Source: Candidatus Marinacidobacterium sp. (GTDB lineage Bacteria; Acidobacteriota; Vicinamibacteria; Marinacidobacterales; Marinacidobacteraceae). From it: a DNA stretch of 64,000 nt. The translations under genes were made by a program, and so were the position numbers. The notes beneath the pieces are model-generated. The model saw nothing but the letters and a program-made list of their open reading frames with translations. It was not told the DNA's origin and searched no databases. The stretch covers positions 3,520,001-3,584,000 of the forward strand of contig OZ242011.1 in NCBI GenBank assembly GCA_965204755.1, read 5' to 3'. This document shows, piece by piece, positions 38,842-48,451 of this stretch; within the stretch, counting starts at the first letter, position 1; each line of letters starts with the position of its first letter.

Positions 38842-39959
38842 CCCGGGAGGAGCGACTGCTCGCCCGGATCCTCGAGTCCCTCCGCGAGAACGCGCTCCCT
38901 TCGAGTTCCGGGAGCGGCGCCGGCGCCGGCCTGAACCCGGCGCCCGACCGGATCGGGCCCCCGCCAATCGGGCCCCCGCCAATCGGGCCCCCGACGGTCT
39001 CGCCCCCGTTGGTCGGGCCGGGCGACGACGCGGCCGTGCTCGCCGCGCCGGACGGGCGGACGCTGCTCCTCACCGTGGACGCCGCGGAAGACGGCGTCCA
39101 CTTCGACCGCTGCCGGCACTTCCCGGAGGACATCGGGCGCCGCGCCGTCGCCGCGGCGGCGAGCGACCTGGCGGCGATGGGCGGGCGGCCGCTGGCCTTC
39201 CTCGTCTCGCTGACGGCGCCGGCGGGGGATCCGGAGGAAGACGAGGCGGCGCTCCGGGTCTCCCGCGCGGCCTCCCGGCGGGCCTCCGAGATCGGGGCGC
39301 CCGTGGTCGGCGGCAACCTCACCGCCGGCGCGCGGCTCGCGCTCCATGTGAGCGTCCTCGGCGCGATGGCGCCCGGCGTGGCGCCCCTCCTTCGCTCCGG
39401 CGCGCGCCCCGGTGACGGCGTGTTCGTCAGCGGGCCGCTCGGGGGGGCGGCGCTCGGCCTCGAGGTCCTGCGCCGGCGCGGGGAAGAGTCCGCCGGCCGG
39501 AGCGCGGACGACGAGGCGGCGCTGCGGAAGCACCTCGATCCCGAGCCGCGCCTCGCCCTCGGGGAGGCGCTCGCCGCAAGCGGTTGCGTTTCCGCGGCGA
39601 TGGACCTCTCGGACGGGCTCGCGCTGGATCTCCACCGGCTCGCGGGGGCCAGCCGGGCGGGAGTCCTTCTCGAGGCCGAGCGGCTCCCCGTCGCCCGATC
39701 CCGGGCCCGGGCGGGCGCCGCCGCGCCGGCCCGCGCGTTCGACGCCGCGCTGTTCGGCGGCGAGGACTACGAGTTGCTGTTCACCGGCGCCGACGAGGCG
39801 GCCCTCCGGGAAGCGGCCGCGAAGGCCGGCGAACCCCCGCCGGTCCGGATCGGCGAGGTCGTCGCGCCGGATCTCGGAGTCCGCATCCGCGCCGCCGGCG
39901 GCGAGCCGGCGCCGCTCCCGCGCCGCGGCTGGGACAGCCTCGCCCCGCCGACCGGCTGA
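38838..39959 (+). CDS. thiL: Thiamine-monophosphate kinase
   Basis: VGPGDDAAVL, GVHF, SDLAAMGG, VVGGNLT, RSGARPGD, AMDLSDGL, GGEDYELLFT, GWD. Pro-rich insertion near the N-terminus. Confidence 0.93.
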   Translation: MTREERLLARILESLRENALPSSSGSGAGAGLNPAPDRIGPPPIGPPPIGPPTVSPPLVGPGDDAAVLAAPDGRTLLLTVDAAEDGVHFDRCRHFPEDIGRRAVAAAASDLAAMGGRPLAFLVSLTAPAGDPEEDEAALRVSRAASRRASEIGAPVVGGNLTAGARLALHVSVLGAMAPGVAPLLRSGARPGDGVFVSGPLGGAALGLEVLRRRGEESAGRSADDEAALRKHLDPEPRLALGEALAASGCVSAAMDLSDGLALDLHRLAGASRAGVLLEAERLPVARSRARAGAAAPARAFDAALFGGEDYELLFTGADEAALREAAAKAGEPPPVRIGEVVAPDLGVRIRAAGGEPAPLPRRGWDSLAPPTG

Positions 39960-39977
39960 CCGGGAACGGGAGTCGGC

Positions 39978-41402
39978 TCAGACGATCTCCGCCACGGCCG
40001 CCGCGGCGGAGAGGAGCGGCGCCTCGCGCCAGGGCGCGGCGACGAGTTGCACCCCGAAGGGGAGCCCCTCCCGCTCCCCGGCGGGCAGCGAGATCGCCGG
40101 GACCCGGGCGAGCGCCGCGAGGATCGTGAAGCGGTCGGAGTCGTATTCGGCGCTCGGGTCGGGTTCCTCCCCGATCCGGCGCGGAGGCTCGACGGTGGTC
40201 GGGAGGAGGAGGAATTCCGCCTCGTCGAAGAGGCCGAGCAGCGCGGCGGTGATCTCCCGCCGCGCCTCGCCGGCGGCGTGGTACACCGCGTCCCGGTACC
40301 CCTTCGACAGGATCGTCGCGCCGAGCAGCACCCGTCGCCGCACTTCGGCCCCGAAGCCGAGGGAGCGGGTCTCCCGATAGACATCGAACAGCCAGCCGGC
40401 GCCCCGCCGCCTTCCGTAGCGCATCCCGTCGAAGCGGGCGAGGTTGGAACTCGCCTCCGCGCAGGCGAGGAGGTAGTAGGCGGCGACCGCGGCCTCCGGA
40501 GGGGGCAGGGGCGCCTCCCGGACCTCGCAGCCGGCCTGCTCGATGGCCCGCACCGTTCGGGAAAAGGCCTCCCGCGAGGCCGGATCGAGGGCGGCGAGTT
40601 CCTCCGGCCCGGCGACGGCGAGCCGCTTCGGGAGCCGGGGCGCTTCGGCGGCGGCGCCGAAGTCCGGGACCGGCCGGGAGGCGCTGGTGGCGTCCCGCGG
40701 ATCCTCCCCGGCGATGACGGTGAGCAGGCGCCCGACCCACGCCAGGTCCGCGGAGAGGCACCCCACCTGGTCGAACGAGGAGGCGTAGGCGGTGACGCCG
40801 TAGCGCGAGACCCGGCCGTAGGTGGGGCGGATGCCGAAGATCCCGCAGTGCGCCGCCGGCTGGCGGACCGAGCCGCCGGTGTCCGTGCCGAGCGCGGCGA
40901 ACGCGGAGCCGGCGGCGGCGGCCGCGGCCGAGCCGCCGGAGGAGCCGCCGGGGATCCGCAGCGGATCCGCCGGGTTCCCCGTCGGGTGTCGGTAACTGCG
41001 GGTGGTGGAGGAGCCCATCCCGAACTCGTCGAGGTTCGTCTTGCCCACGATCACCGCTCCGGCGCGGCGGAGCCGTTCGACCACGGTCGCGTCGTAAGGC
41101 GCGCGGTAACCGTCGAGCAGGGCCGACCCGGAGGTGCAGGGCGCGCCGCGGACGGCGATGTTGTCCTTGACGGCGACCGGCAGGCCGGAGAGCGGCCCCC
41201 GCTCCGCGCCCGGCAGGGAGTCCTGACGACGCGCCTCCGCGAGCGCCCCTTCCGGGTCGAGATGGAGGAAGGCGCGGAGCGATGGCTCGGTCTCCCGGGC
41301 GCGGGCGAGCGCGGTCCGCGCGGCCTGCTCGGCGCTCAGCCCGCCCGCCCGAAGACGCGCCGCCGCCGCCCGGACGGGGAGTCCCTGCGATCCGCCCTCC
41401 AC
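39978..41402 (-). CDS. gatA: Asp/Glu-tRNA amidotransferase subunit A
   Basis: PVAVKDNI, GKTNLDEFGMGSST, PGGSSGGSAA, DTGGSVRQPA, EASSNLARFDGMRYG, GFGAEVRRRVLLG. SD GGGAGG upstream. Confidence 0.92.
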   Translation of the reverse strand: MEGGSQGLPVRAAAARLRAGGLSAEQAARTALARARETEPSLRAFLHLDPEGALAEARRQDSLPGAERGPLSGLPVAVKDNIAVRGAPCTSGSALLDGYRAPYDATVVERLRRAGAVIVGKTNLDEFGMGSSTTRSYRHPTGNPADPLRIPGGSSGGSAAAAAAGSAFAALGTDTGGSVRQPAAHCGIFGIRPTYGRVSRYGVTAYASSFDQVGCLSADLAWVGRLLTVIAGEDPRDATSASRPVPDFGAAAEAPRLPKRLAVAGPEELAALDPASREAFSRTVRAIEQAGCEVREAPLPPPEAAVAAYYLLACAEASSNLARFDGMRYGRRRGAGWLFDVYRETRSLGFGAEVRRRVLLGATILSKGYRDAVYHAAGEARREITAALLGLFDEAEFLLLPTTVEPPRRIGEEPDPSAEYDSDRFTILAALARVPAISLPAGEREGLPFGVQLVAAPWREAPLLSAAAAVAEIV

Positions 41403-41417
41403 GGCAAACGCCTCCCG

Positions 41418-41498
41418 GTCAGCAGCCCGGAGAGAAGATCGGGCGGCGCCGCCCCTCGGCGCGAAGCGCCGGGGGGAATCGCGATGCGATTCGCGCCG
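41418..41498 (-). repeat. Internally deleted copy of the 29615-29839 element between gatC and gatA
   Basis: Minus strand reads CGGCGCGAATCGC..CGCGATTCCCCCCG-GCGCTTCGCGCCGA...CGGGCTGCTGAC, matching 29712-29840 without the central hairpin. Confidence 0.8.
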
Positions 41499-41813
41499 TC
41501 ACAGGACGCGGGGCACGAGGAGCAGTCCCTCGCGGCGCTCCGGCCCGAGGGCGCCCACTTCCTCGGGCCCCGGCGGACGGGCGTCCGCGGGCGGCGCGTC
41601 CTCGCGCAGCCGGCAACCGGACTCCTCGGCCGGCCGCGGCTCTTCCTCCGGCGCGGCGAGCGGGACCTCGACGGGCGCGCGCCCGATCACCCGCTCGACC
41701 AGCGAGGAGAGCGTTTCCCGGGCCGTCGTGTAGGCGTGGTGTTCCTCCTCGGTCTCCGGGGCGTTCAGGCGCGACAGGGCGCACACCTTCCGGATCTCCT
41801 GCTCCCGGTTCAC
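41499..41813 (-). CDS. gatC: Asp/Glu-tRNA amidotransferase subunit C (divergent)
   Basis: IRKVCALSRL...RLRED...GPERREGLLLVPRVL, directly upstream of gatA. Confidence 0.78.
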   Translation of the reverse strand: MNREQEIRKVCALSRLNAPETEEEHHAYTTARETLSSLVERVIGRAPVEVPLAAPEEEPRPAEESGCRLREDAPPADARPPGPEEVGALGPERREGLLLVPRVL

Positions 41814-41880
41814 GACGCCCCTCCGGGGAAGTCCGGCGGCCCCGCCGCCTCCGGCGCGGAAAAGTCGCCGCCGTCGGCCC

Positions 41881-41886
41881 TATAGT
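41881..41886 (+). promoter_or_regulatory. -10 box TATAGT, 7 nt before the agmatine deiminase ATG (leaderless)
   Basis: TATAGTccgaacgATG with no SD. Confidence 0.55.
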
Positions 41887-41893
41887 CCGAACG

Positions 41894-43231
41894 ATGCGAG
41901 GCGCGCGGCGGGCGGAGAGGGCGGCGCGGGCCGCGCCGTTCCTCGTCGGGCTCGCCGCCGCCGCTGCCGCAGCCGGCGCTCCGAAGTCCGGGCAGGACGA
42001 CGGCGCCGTCCCCCCGGGCGCGCCCGTCGAGGAGCGGTTCACCTTCCCGGCGGAGTTCGAGCCCCACCGGGCGCTGTGGATGGCGTGGCCGACCTACGAG
42101 AACAAGGCCGGGCTCCCCACCGAGCCGCTGCTGCTCGAGATCGTCCGGGCCGTCGAGGGCCGGGTGGCCGTGGAGATCCTCGCCGGGGACGAGGCCGAGA
42201 CCGCCGAGATCCGGGAAATCCTCCGCCGGGAGGGGCTGGACTCCGGGGAAGTCGGGATTCACGCCGTGCCGCACGGGGACATCTGGATGCGGGACATGGG
42301 CCCGATCTTCCTGCGCGGCGACCGAGGCGGGATGCGGGTGGCGGACTTCGGCTTCGACATGTGGGGGTACGAGTCGCCGGACTCGGCGAACTCGAGACTC
42401 GAGGAGGCGGTGGACCGGCGGGTCGCCGCCCTTCTCGGCCTCGACACCGTGCCCTCCGAACTCGTTTCCGAGGGCGGCTCTCGGGAGTTCAACGGCCGGG
42501 GAGTGATGCTCGCGGTGGAGGCCGTGGAGCGGCAGCGCAATCCGGGGTGGACGCTCGACGGGATGGTAGCGGAGTTCCGCCGGGTCCTCGGCGTGTCCAA
42601 GGTCATCTGGCTGGCCGAGGGCATGGCCGAGGACGACCACGCTTTCCGCGGCCCGCTCCCCGGCGGCGTCTATACGGTGATCACCACCGGCGGGCATGTG
42701 GACGAGTTCGCCCGGTTCTCCGATGCCCGGACGATCCTGCTGGCCGAAGTCACCGAGGAGGAGGCCCGCGCCGACCCGATCGCGGCGATCAGCCGCGAGC
42801 GCCTCCTGGAGAACGAAGCCCGGCTCCGGGCGGCCACCGACCTGGACGGGAACCCGTTCCGCATCGTGCGCGTGCCGGCGCCCGATTCCCTGTTCGAGAC
42901 CATGCGCCGGGGCGACGGGGTCTTCGACTACCTCCAACCGCTGGAATACGAGGACGGCTCGACGATCCACCCGGACGACGAGATCCGGGTCATCGCCGCC
43001 GCCAGTTACCTCAACTTCATGGTGACGAACGGCCTGGTGCTGGCCCAGGCCTACTGGAAGCCGGGGCTCCCGGAGTCCATCCGGGAGAAGGACGAACGCG
43101 CGCTGGCGATCCTCCGGGAGGCCTTCCCCGGCCGCGAGGTCGTGCCCCTCGACGCGATGGCGGTCAACCTAGGGGGAGGCGGGATCCACTGCATCCTGCA
43201 GCAGGAGCCGCTCCGCACTCCTCCCCGTTGA
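41894..43231 (+). CDS. aguA: Agmatine/peptidylarginine deiminase family protein with N-terminal signal peptide
   Basis: FPAEFEPHRALWMAWP, DIWMRDMGP, EGG, GHVDEFARF, ASYLNF, GGGGIHCILQQEP (catalytic Cys). N-terminus MRGARRAERAARAAPFLVGLAAAAAAAGA. Confidence 0.88.
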   Translation: MRGARRAERAARAAPFLVGLAAAAAAAGAPKSGQDDGAVPPGAPVEERFTFPAEFEPHRALWMAWPTYENKAGLPTEPLLLEIVRAVEGRVAVEILAGDEAETAEIREILRREGLDSGEVGIHAVPHGDIWMRDMGPIFLRGDRGGMRVADFGFDMWGYESPDSANSRLEEAVDRRVAALLGLDTVPSELVSEGGSREFNGRGVMLAVEAVERQRNPGWTLDGMVAEFRRVLGVSKVIWLAEGMAEDDHAFRGPLPGGVYTVITTGGHVDEFARFSDARTILLAEVTEEEARADPIAAISRERLLENEARLRAATDLDGNPFRIVRVPAPDSLFETMRRGDGVFDYLQPLEYEDGSTIHPDDEIRVIAAASYLNFMVTNGLVLAQAYWKPGLPESIREKDERALAILREAFPGREVVPLDAMAVNLGGGGIHCILQQEPLRTPPR

Positions 43232-43298
43232 GCCCCGGGGCGCCCCCGCGCGACGGTCGGCCGGGCGCCCCCCGCCGGGGGCGGCGGCGCGCTCCGGC

Positions 43299-44681
43299 TT
43301 GAGCGAGCCGCTCGCGGGCGGGCCGCTCAGCCTGCTGCCCTCGCTGACCGTCCTCGGCCTGGCGGTCCTCACCCGGCGTCCGCTGGAGGCGCTCATCGTC
43401 GGCTCGCTGGTCGGGTACGGGCTCCTCTCCGGGGCGGGCTTCGCCGCGTCCTTCCTCGAAGGGGCGCTCCGGGTGATGGCCGAACCGGCGAGCGGCTGGG
43501 TGATCCTGGTGGTGTCGCTCTTCGGCGCGCTGATCGGCGTACTCGCCCGCTCCGGGGGCTCGCAGGCCTTCGGCGCGGCGCTCTCCCGCCGCCTGCGCAC
43601 CCCGCGGTCGCTGCTGTTCGGCGCCTTCGGGCTCGGCCTCGTCACTTTCGTGGACGACTACCTGAACGCCCTCGCCGTGGGTTCCGCGTTCCGCTCGGCC
43701 GCCGACCGCCTCCGGGTCTCCCGCGCCCGGCTGGCGTATGTGGTGGACAGCACCGCCGCCCCGGTCTGCGTCCTCGCGCCGGTCTCGACCTGGGCGGTCT
43801 TCCTCGCCGCTCTTTTCGAGGAGCGCGGTCTCGCCGCCGCCGGCGCGGGGGTCGGCCTCTATGTCTCGCTCGTCCCGTTCTTCCTCTACCCGTGGTTCGC
43901 GCTGCTGGGCGTCCTGCTGCACCTCCGCGGCCCCGGCCTCGGCTTTTCCGCGATGGCGGCCTCGGAGCGCGCCGCCCGGGCGGGCCGGCCGGCCGCGGCG
44001 CCGGCGCTCGACGAGTCGCTGCTCCCGGGGGAGGGCGAAGCGCCGCCGGGCCGGCCCCGGCTCGCTCCCTGGGTCTTCGCCGGGCCGATCCTCGCGCTGC
44101 CGGCGGCGACCCTGCTCTTCGACGGCGACGCCCTCTTCGGGGTCTTCGCGGCGCTGGGGCTCGCCCTCCTGCTCGCCGCGCTGCTCCGGCCGGGCGGCGG
44201 GGCGGGCGCGGTCGCCGACGGCGCCGCGCGCGGCATGGAGCAGATGGTCTATCCGCTGGGGATCGTCCTCGTCTCCTTCGTCCTCCGCGATGTGAACGAC
44301 GCCCTCGGCCTCACCGGGTTCGTCATCGCCGGAATCACGCCGATCGCCACCGCCTGGCTCCTCCCGGCGCTCGTCTTCGCGTCCCTCTCGGCGGTGGCCT
44401 TCGCCACCGGCTCCTTCTGGGGCGTCTATACGGTCGCGCTGCCGATCGTCCTCGGACTCCAGCAGGCGCTCGGCGCGCCCCTCCCGTTGACCCTGGGGGC
44501 GCTGGTGTCGGCGGGGGCCTTCGGCTCGCACGCCTGCCTCTACGGCGACGCCACCGTCCTCGCCGCGCGGAGCGCCGGCTGCCCGCTCGGGGAGCATGTG
44601 CGCACCCAACTCCCCTACGCGCTGCTCGCGGCCGCCGCGAGCATCCTCGGCTTCGCGGCGCTGGGACTGCTCTTCGCCTGA
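43299..44681 (+). CDS. Na+/H+ antiporter NhaC-family membrane transporter
   Basis: FVDDYLNALAVG, SRARLAYVVDSTAAPVCVLAPVSTW, FATGSFWG, GAFGSHACLYGDATVL, HVRTQLPYAL. Confidence 0.85.
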   Translation: MSEPLAGGPLSLLPSLTVLGLAVLTRRPLEALIVGSLVGYGLLSGAGFAASFLEGALRVMAEPASGWVILVVSLFGALIGVLARSGGSQAFGAALSRRLRTPRSLLFGAFGLGLVTFVDDYLNALAVGSAFRSAADRLRVSRARLAYVVDSTAAPVCVLAPVSTWAVFLAALFEERGLAAAGAGVGLYVSLVPFFLYPWFALLGVLLHLRGPGLGFSAMAASERAARAGRPAAAPALDESLLPGEGEAPPGRPRLAPWVFAGPILALPAATLLFDGDALFGVFAALGLALLLAALLRPGGGAGAVADGAARGMEQMVYPLGIVLVSFVLRDVNDALGLTGFVIAGITPIATAWLLPALVFASLSAVAFATGSFWGVYTVALPIVLGLQQALGAPLPLTLGALVSAGAFGSHACLYGDATVLAARSAGCPLGEHVRTQLPYALLAAAASILGFAALGLLFA

Positions 44682-44719
44682 CGCCGGGCCGTCGGCGGCT
44701 ACCCTTTTCCGCCCCCGCC

Positions 44720-45583
44720 GTGTCCGTCCGCCTGGCCCTGATCCAGCGCTCCGTGGAGCCGGACCGCGAAGCCGCGCGGCAGGGAGCGGAGGACGCCGTC
44801 CGCGCCGCCGCCGAGGAGGGCGCCGGGATCGTCTGCCTGCCCGAACTCTACGACCTCCCCTACTTCCCGCGGGAGGTCTCGGTGGAACTCACCGCGCTCG
44901 CGGAACCCCAGCCCTCCCCCTCCAGCGCCGCCCTAGGGCGGCTGGCCGCGAAGACCGGCGTCGTGCTCGTCGTCCCGGTCTTCGAGCAGGCGGCGCCGGG
45001 GGTCGCCTTCAACACGGCGCTGATCTACGACGCCGACGGTTCGCTCCTGGGCCGCTACCGGAAGAACCACATCCCGGACGGCCCCGGCTACCACGAGAAG
45101 TACTACTTCACCCCCGGCGATGGCGGCTACCCGGTCTGGGACACCGCCCGCGGCCGGATCGGCGTGGGGATCTGCTGGGACCAGTGGTTCCCGGAGACCG
45201 TCCGCGCCTTCGCGCTCGGCGGCGCGCAACTCGTGCTGTTCCCGACCGCCATCGGGTCCGAGCCGGACCGTCCGGGCTACTCCTCGGAGGAGGCCTGGCG
45301 GACGGTGATGCGGGGCCACGCTGTCGCCAACGGCCTCTTCGTCGGCGCCGCGAACCGGGTCGGCGTGGAGGGGGACCTGACCTACTACGGGGGCAGTTTC
45401 GTGGCCGACCCCTTCGGCGAAGTGCTGGCGCGGGCCGGCGAAACGCCCGACCTGGCGCTCGCCGACCTCGAATTCGACCGACTCGCGGAACTCCGGAACC
45501 TCTTCCAGTTCTTCCGCGACCGCCGGGTGGACACCTACCGCGACCTGCTCCGCGTGACGCCGTCTCCGGCCGGTTCCCGCTGA
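44720..45583 (+). CDS. aguB: N-carbamoylputrescine amidase (nitrilase family)
   Basis: E-K-C triad: CLPEL, YRKNHIPDGPGYHEKYYFTPGD, ICWDQWFPE; also FPTAIGSEP and FFRDRR. GTG start at 44720. Confidence 0.9.
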   Translation: MSVRLALIQRSVEPDREAARQGAEDAVRAAAEEGAGIVCLPELYDLPYFPREVSVELTALAEPQPSPSSAALGRLAAKTGVVLVVPVFEQAAPGVAFNTALIYDADGSLLGRYRKNHIPDGPGYHEKYYFTPGDGGYPVWDTARGRIGVGICWDQWFPETVRAFALGGAQLVLFPTAIGSEPDRPGYSSEEAWRTVMRGHAVANGLFVGAANRVGVEGDLTYYGGSFVADPFGEVLARAGETPDLALADLEFDRLAELRNLFQFFRDRRVDTYRDLLRVTPSPAGSR

Positions 45584-45605
45584 GCGACGCCCGGCCCCGG
45601 AACGC

Positions 45606-46379
45606 GTGTTTTCAGCGGGCGCCCCGGCCGGGGCCGACGGCGCTTCCGAACGGGTCCGGGAGCAGGTCTTCCTCACGCTGGCCGCGGTCTTCCTGGCGGC
45701 GCTCGTCGCGTGCAACCTGATCGTCCGCAAGTTCTTCGTCTGGGAGATCCCGGCGCTGGCCTTCTTCGGCCTGGAGCCGGCGATGGAACTGTCGGTCGGC
45801 ATCCTCGCCTACCCGGTGACCTTCATCTGCACCGACATCCTCTCGGAGTTCTACGGGCGGCGGCGGGTCAGCCAACTCGTCACCGCCGGCTTCTTCGCCA
45901 GCGCGTTCGTGGTGGGGCTGGTGGCCCTGTCGAACGCGGTCCCCGCCGCCTCCTGGAGCGAAGTGGACGACGCCACCTTCGACCTGGTGTTCGGCATCCA
46001 GACCATCGCGGTGACCGCCTCGATGGGGGCTTACCTGGGCGCGCAGTACCTGGACATCCGCCTGTTCCACTACTGGAAACGGCGCACCGGCGGCCGCCAC
46101 CTGTGGCTCCGCAACAACGCCTCCACCTTCACCTCGCAGTTGGTGGACACCATCCTGGTTACGGTGCTGTTCGGCGTCCTCGGCGCCGAGGAGTTCACGG
46201 CGCAGCGGATCCCGGTGCTGATCGCCAACGGGGTGGTCTTCAAGTGGATCGTCGCCGTCGTGGACACGCCGCTGGTGTACGGAGCGGTCTGGCTCATCCG
46301 CGACCGGCTGCGGATCGCTCCGGCGCCGGCGGCCGGGGCGCCGGACGGGGGCGCTCCGGTCAGGCCTCGACGGTCATAG
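45606..46379 (+). CDS. yhhQ: Queuosine precursor transporter (YhhQ/Vut_1 family)
   Basis: YPVTFICTDILSEFYG, AYLGAQYLDIRLFH, LWLRNNASTFTSQLVDT, DTPLVY. Confidence 0.9.
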   Translation: MFSAGAPAGADGASERVREQVFLTLAAVFLAALVACNLIVRKFFVWEIPALAFFGLEPAMELSVGILAYPVTFICTDILSEFYGRRRVSQLVTAGFFASAFVVGLVALSNAVPAASWSEVDDATFDLVFGIQTIAVTASMGAYLGAQYLDIRLFHYWKRRTGGRHLWLRNNASTFTSQLVDTILVTVLFGVLGAEEFTAQRIPVLIANGVVFKWIVAVVDTPLVYGAVWLIRDRLRIAPAPAAGAPDGGAPVRPRRS

Positions 46380-47367
46380 TGACGGCGGCCGCCGGCGCGG
46401 CCACCCAGTCGCAGGCGCGCTCCAGCCCCTCTTCGAGACCGACCTCCGGCCTCCAGCCGAGCGCGCGCATCCGCGAGGCGTCCACCGCATAGCGCCGGTC
46501 GTGGCCCGGCCGGTCGGCCACCCGTTCGATCCGCCCGGTCCGCCCGGTCCTTCTCCGGGCGAGGGCGATCAGGCGTTCGGCCATCTCCCGGTTCTCGGCG
46601 CCGCGCTCGGCGCTGATGTTGTAGATCTTCCCGGGTTCGCCCGACCGCAGCAGCAGGTGGAGCGCCCGGCAGAGGTCCTCGACGAAGATCCACTCGCGCA
46701 CCTGCCGGCCGTCGCCGTACACCGGGAGCGCCTCTCCCGCCAGGGCGGCCGCCAGGAAGGTGGGGATCATCTTCTCCCGATGCTGGCGCGGGCCGTAGGT
46801 GTTCGCCGCCCGGCTCACCACGACCGGCAGGCCGTGGGTGGCGTGGTACGAGAGCGCGAGCAGGTCCGCCCCGGCCTTGCTCGCCGCATAGGGGTTCCCG
46901 GGGCGGAGCGGGGCCTCCTCGTCCGCCCGGCCCGAGGCGAGCGGCCCGTACACCTCGTCGGTGGAGACCTGCAGGAACCGGCGGCGCCTCCCCTCCGGCC
47001 CGCTCTCCCGGCCGGCCCGCCGGAACGCCTCGAGGAGGATCCCGGCGCCGTACAGGTTGGTGCGCGCGAAGGGCTCGCCCTCGGCGATGGCGCGGTCCAC
47101 ATGCGTCTCCGCGGCGAAGTTGACCACCCGGTCGACGCCCTCGACCAGCGGCCGCATCGTTTCGGCGTCGCAGATGTCCGCGTGGACGAAACGGTGGCGG
47201 GGATGCCGCTCGGCGTCCGCGAGGTTGTCGCGCGACCCGGCGTAGGTGAGCCGGTCCACCGTGATGACCCGCCATTCGGGCTCCTCCCTCAAGAGGAGGT
47301 CCACGAAGTGGCTGCCGATGAAGCCGGCGCCGCCGGTGACCAGGCAGACCGGCTCGCCGCGGCTCAC
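46360..47367 (-). CDS. rfbB: dTDP-glucose 4,6-dehydratase
   Basis: LVTGGAGFIGSHF, DRLTYAG, NFAAETHVDR, QVSTDEVYG, PYAASKA, YGDGRQVREW, DRPGHDRRY. GTG at 47367 overlaps the upstream stop. Confidence 0.92.
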   Translation of the reverse strand: MSRGEPVCLVTGGAGFIGSHFVDLLLREEPEWRVITVDRLTYAGSRDNLADAERHPRHRFVHADICDAETMRPLVEGVDRVVNFAAETHVDRAIAEGEPFARTNLYGAGILLEAFRRAGRESGPEGRRRRFLQVSTDEVYGPLASGRADEEAPLRPGNPYAASKAGADLLALSYHATHGLPVVVSRAANTYGPRQHREKMIPTFLAAALAGEALPVYGDGRQVREWIFVEDLCRALHLLLRSGEPGKIYNISAERGAENREMAERLIALARRRTGRTGRIERVADRPGHDRRYAVDASRMRALGWRPEVGLEEGLERACDWVAAPAAAVTMTVEA

Positions 47368-48374
47368 GGGATCGAGACGGCGATCTTGCCGAAGTGCCGG
47401 CCGCTCTCGAGGAATTCGAGCGCCGCCGGCAGGTCGGCGAGCGGGTAGGTCCGGTCGATCTGCGGCCGGAGGTCGGAGGTTTCCAGGAACGAGACCAGGT
47501 CCCGGAGCGCCCGGCGGCAGTCGGTCATCACACCGGCGATGCGGATCCGGCGCATGATGGCCGGGGCCAGGTCCACCGGGGCGCTGAGCCCGGAGAGCGC
47601 GCCGAGGAGCGCCACCGTGCCGCCCGCCCGGGTGGCGCGAAGCGACTGGCTCAGGGTCGCCGCCCCCACATTCTCCACGACCAGGTCCGCGCCTTCGCCC
47701 CCGGTGACCTCGAGCGCCGCCCGCTCCCACTTCGGGACTTCCAGCCGGTGGATCCCCACCTCGGCGCCGAGCGCCCGGGCGCGGTCGAGTTTCTCCTCGG
47801 AGGAGGAGGTGAGGATCACCCGCGCCCCGAACGCCCGCGCCAGTTGGAGCGCGAAGACGGAGACGCCGCCGGCGCCGAGGGTGAGCACCGTCTGCCCCTC
47901 GCGCACCGGCCCTTCGGTAACCAGCGCGCTCCAGGCCGTGAGCGCGGCGATGGGGAGGGTGGCCGCCTCTTCGTGGGAATACCCGGCCGGCGCCCGGCAG
48001 AGCGCGGCCTCCGGCAGCGCCACCGCCTCCTGGCCCATTCCCGGTCCGGGGCCGCCGAGCGTCGCCCGGGCGTAGGCGCGGCGGAAGGGGCCGTCCTCCC
48101 AGCCGACCGCCGGGTGGGTGATCACCCGGTCGCCCGGCGCGAACTCGGCGGCCCCTTCGCCGACCTGCTCCACCACGCCGGCCCCGTCGCTCACCGGAAC
48201 CTGGGGCAGGGGGAGCCGCGGGTTGTACGCGCCGCTCAGGATCAGCAGGTCCCGGTAGTTCAGCGAGGCCGCGCGCAGCCGGACGAGGACTTCGCCGGGG
48301 CCCGGTTCCGGCGCCGGGGACTCTTCGAGACGCAGGTTCTCCGCCCCGAACCGGTCGAAAACCCAGCGCTTCAC
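47364..48374 (-). CDS. NAD(P)-dependent medium-chain dehydrogenase/reductase (zinc-type ADH-like)
   Basis: AASLNYRD, PVSDGAGVV, EAATLPIAALTAWSAL, GAGGVSVFALQ, HFGKIAV. Confidence 0.9.
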   Translation of the reverse strand: MKRWVFDRFGAENLRLEESPAPEPGPGEVLVRLRAASLNYRDLLILSGAYNPRLPLPQVPVSDGAGVVEQVGEGAAEFAPGDRVITHPAVGWEDGPFRRAYARATLGGPGPGMGQEAVALPEAALCRAPAGYSHEEAATLPIAALTAWSALVTEGPVREGQTVLTLGAGGVSVFALQLARAFGARVILTSSSEEKLDRARALGAEVGIHRLEVPKWERAALEVTGGEGADLVVENVGAATLSQSLRATRAGGTVALLGALSGLSAPVDLAPAIMRRIRIAGVMTDCRRALRDLVSFLETSDLRPQIDRTYPLADLPAALEFLESGRHFGKIAVSIP

Positions 48375-48451
48375 GATTCGGCGAGTGTACCGACGGGAGG
48401 GACGCCTCCCGGCGAGCGAATCCGCCCCCCGGCTGTTAGGGTTTTCCCGCC

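Noticed and set aside
38841-39000. 6S RNA downstream of zapA
   Set aside because: zapA overlaps the thiL start, and the region is in-frame ThiL coding sequence.
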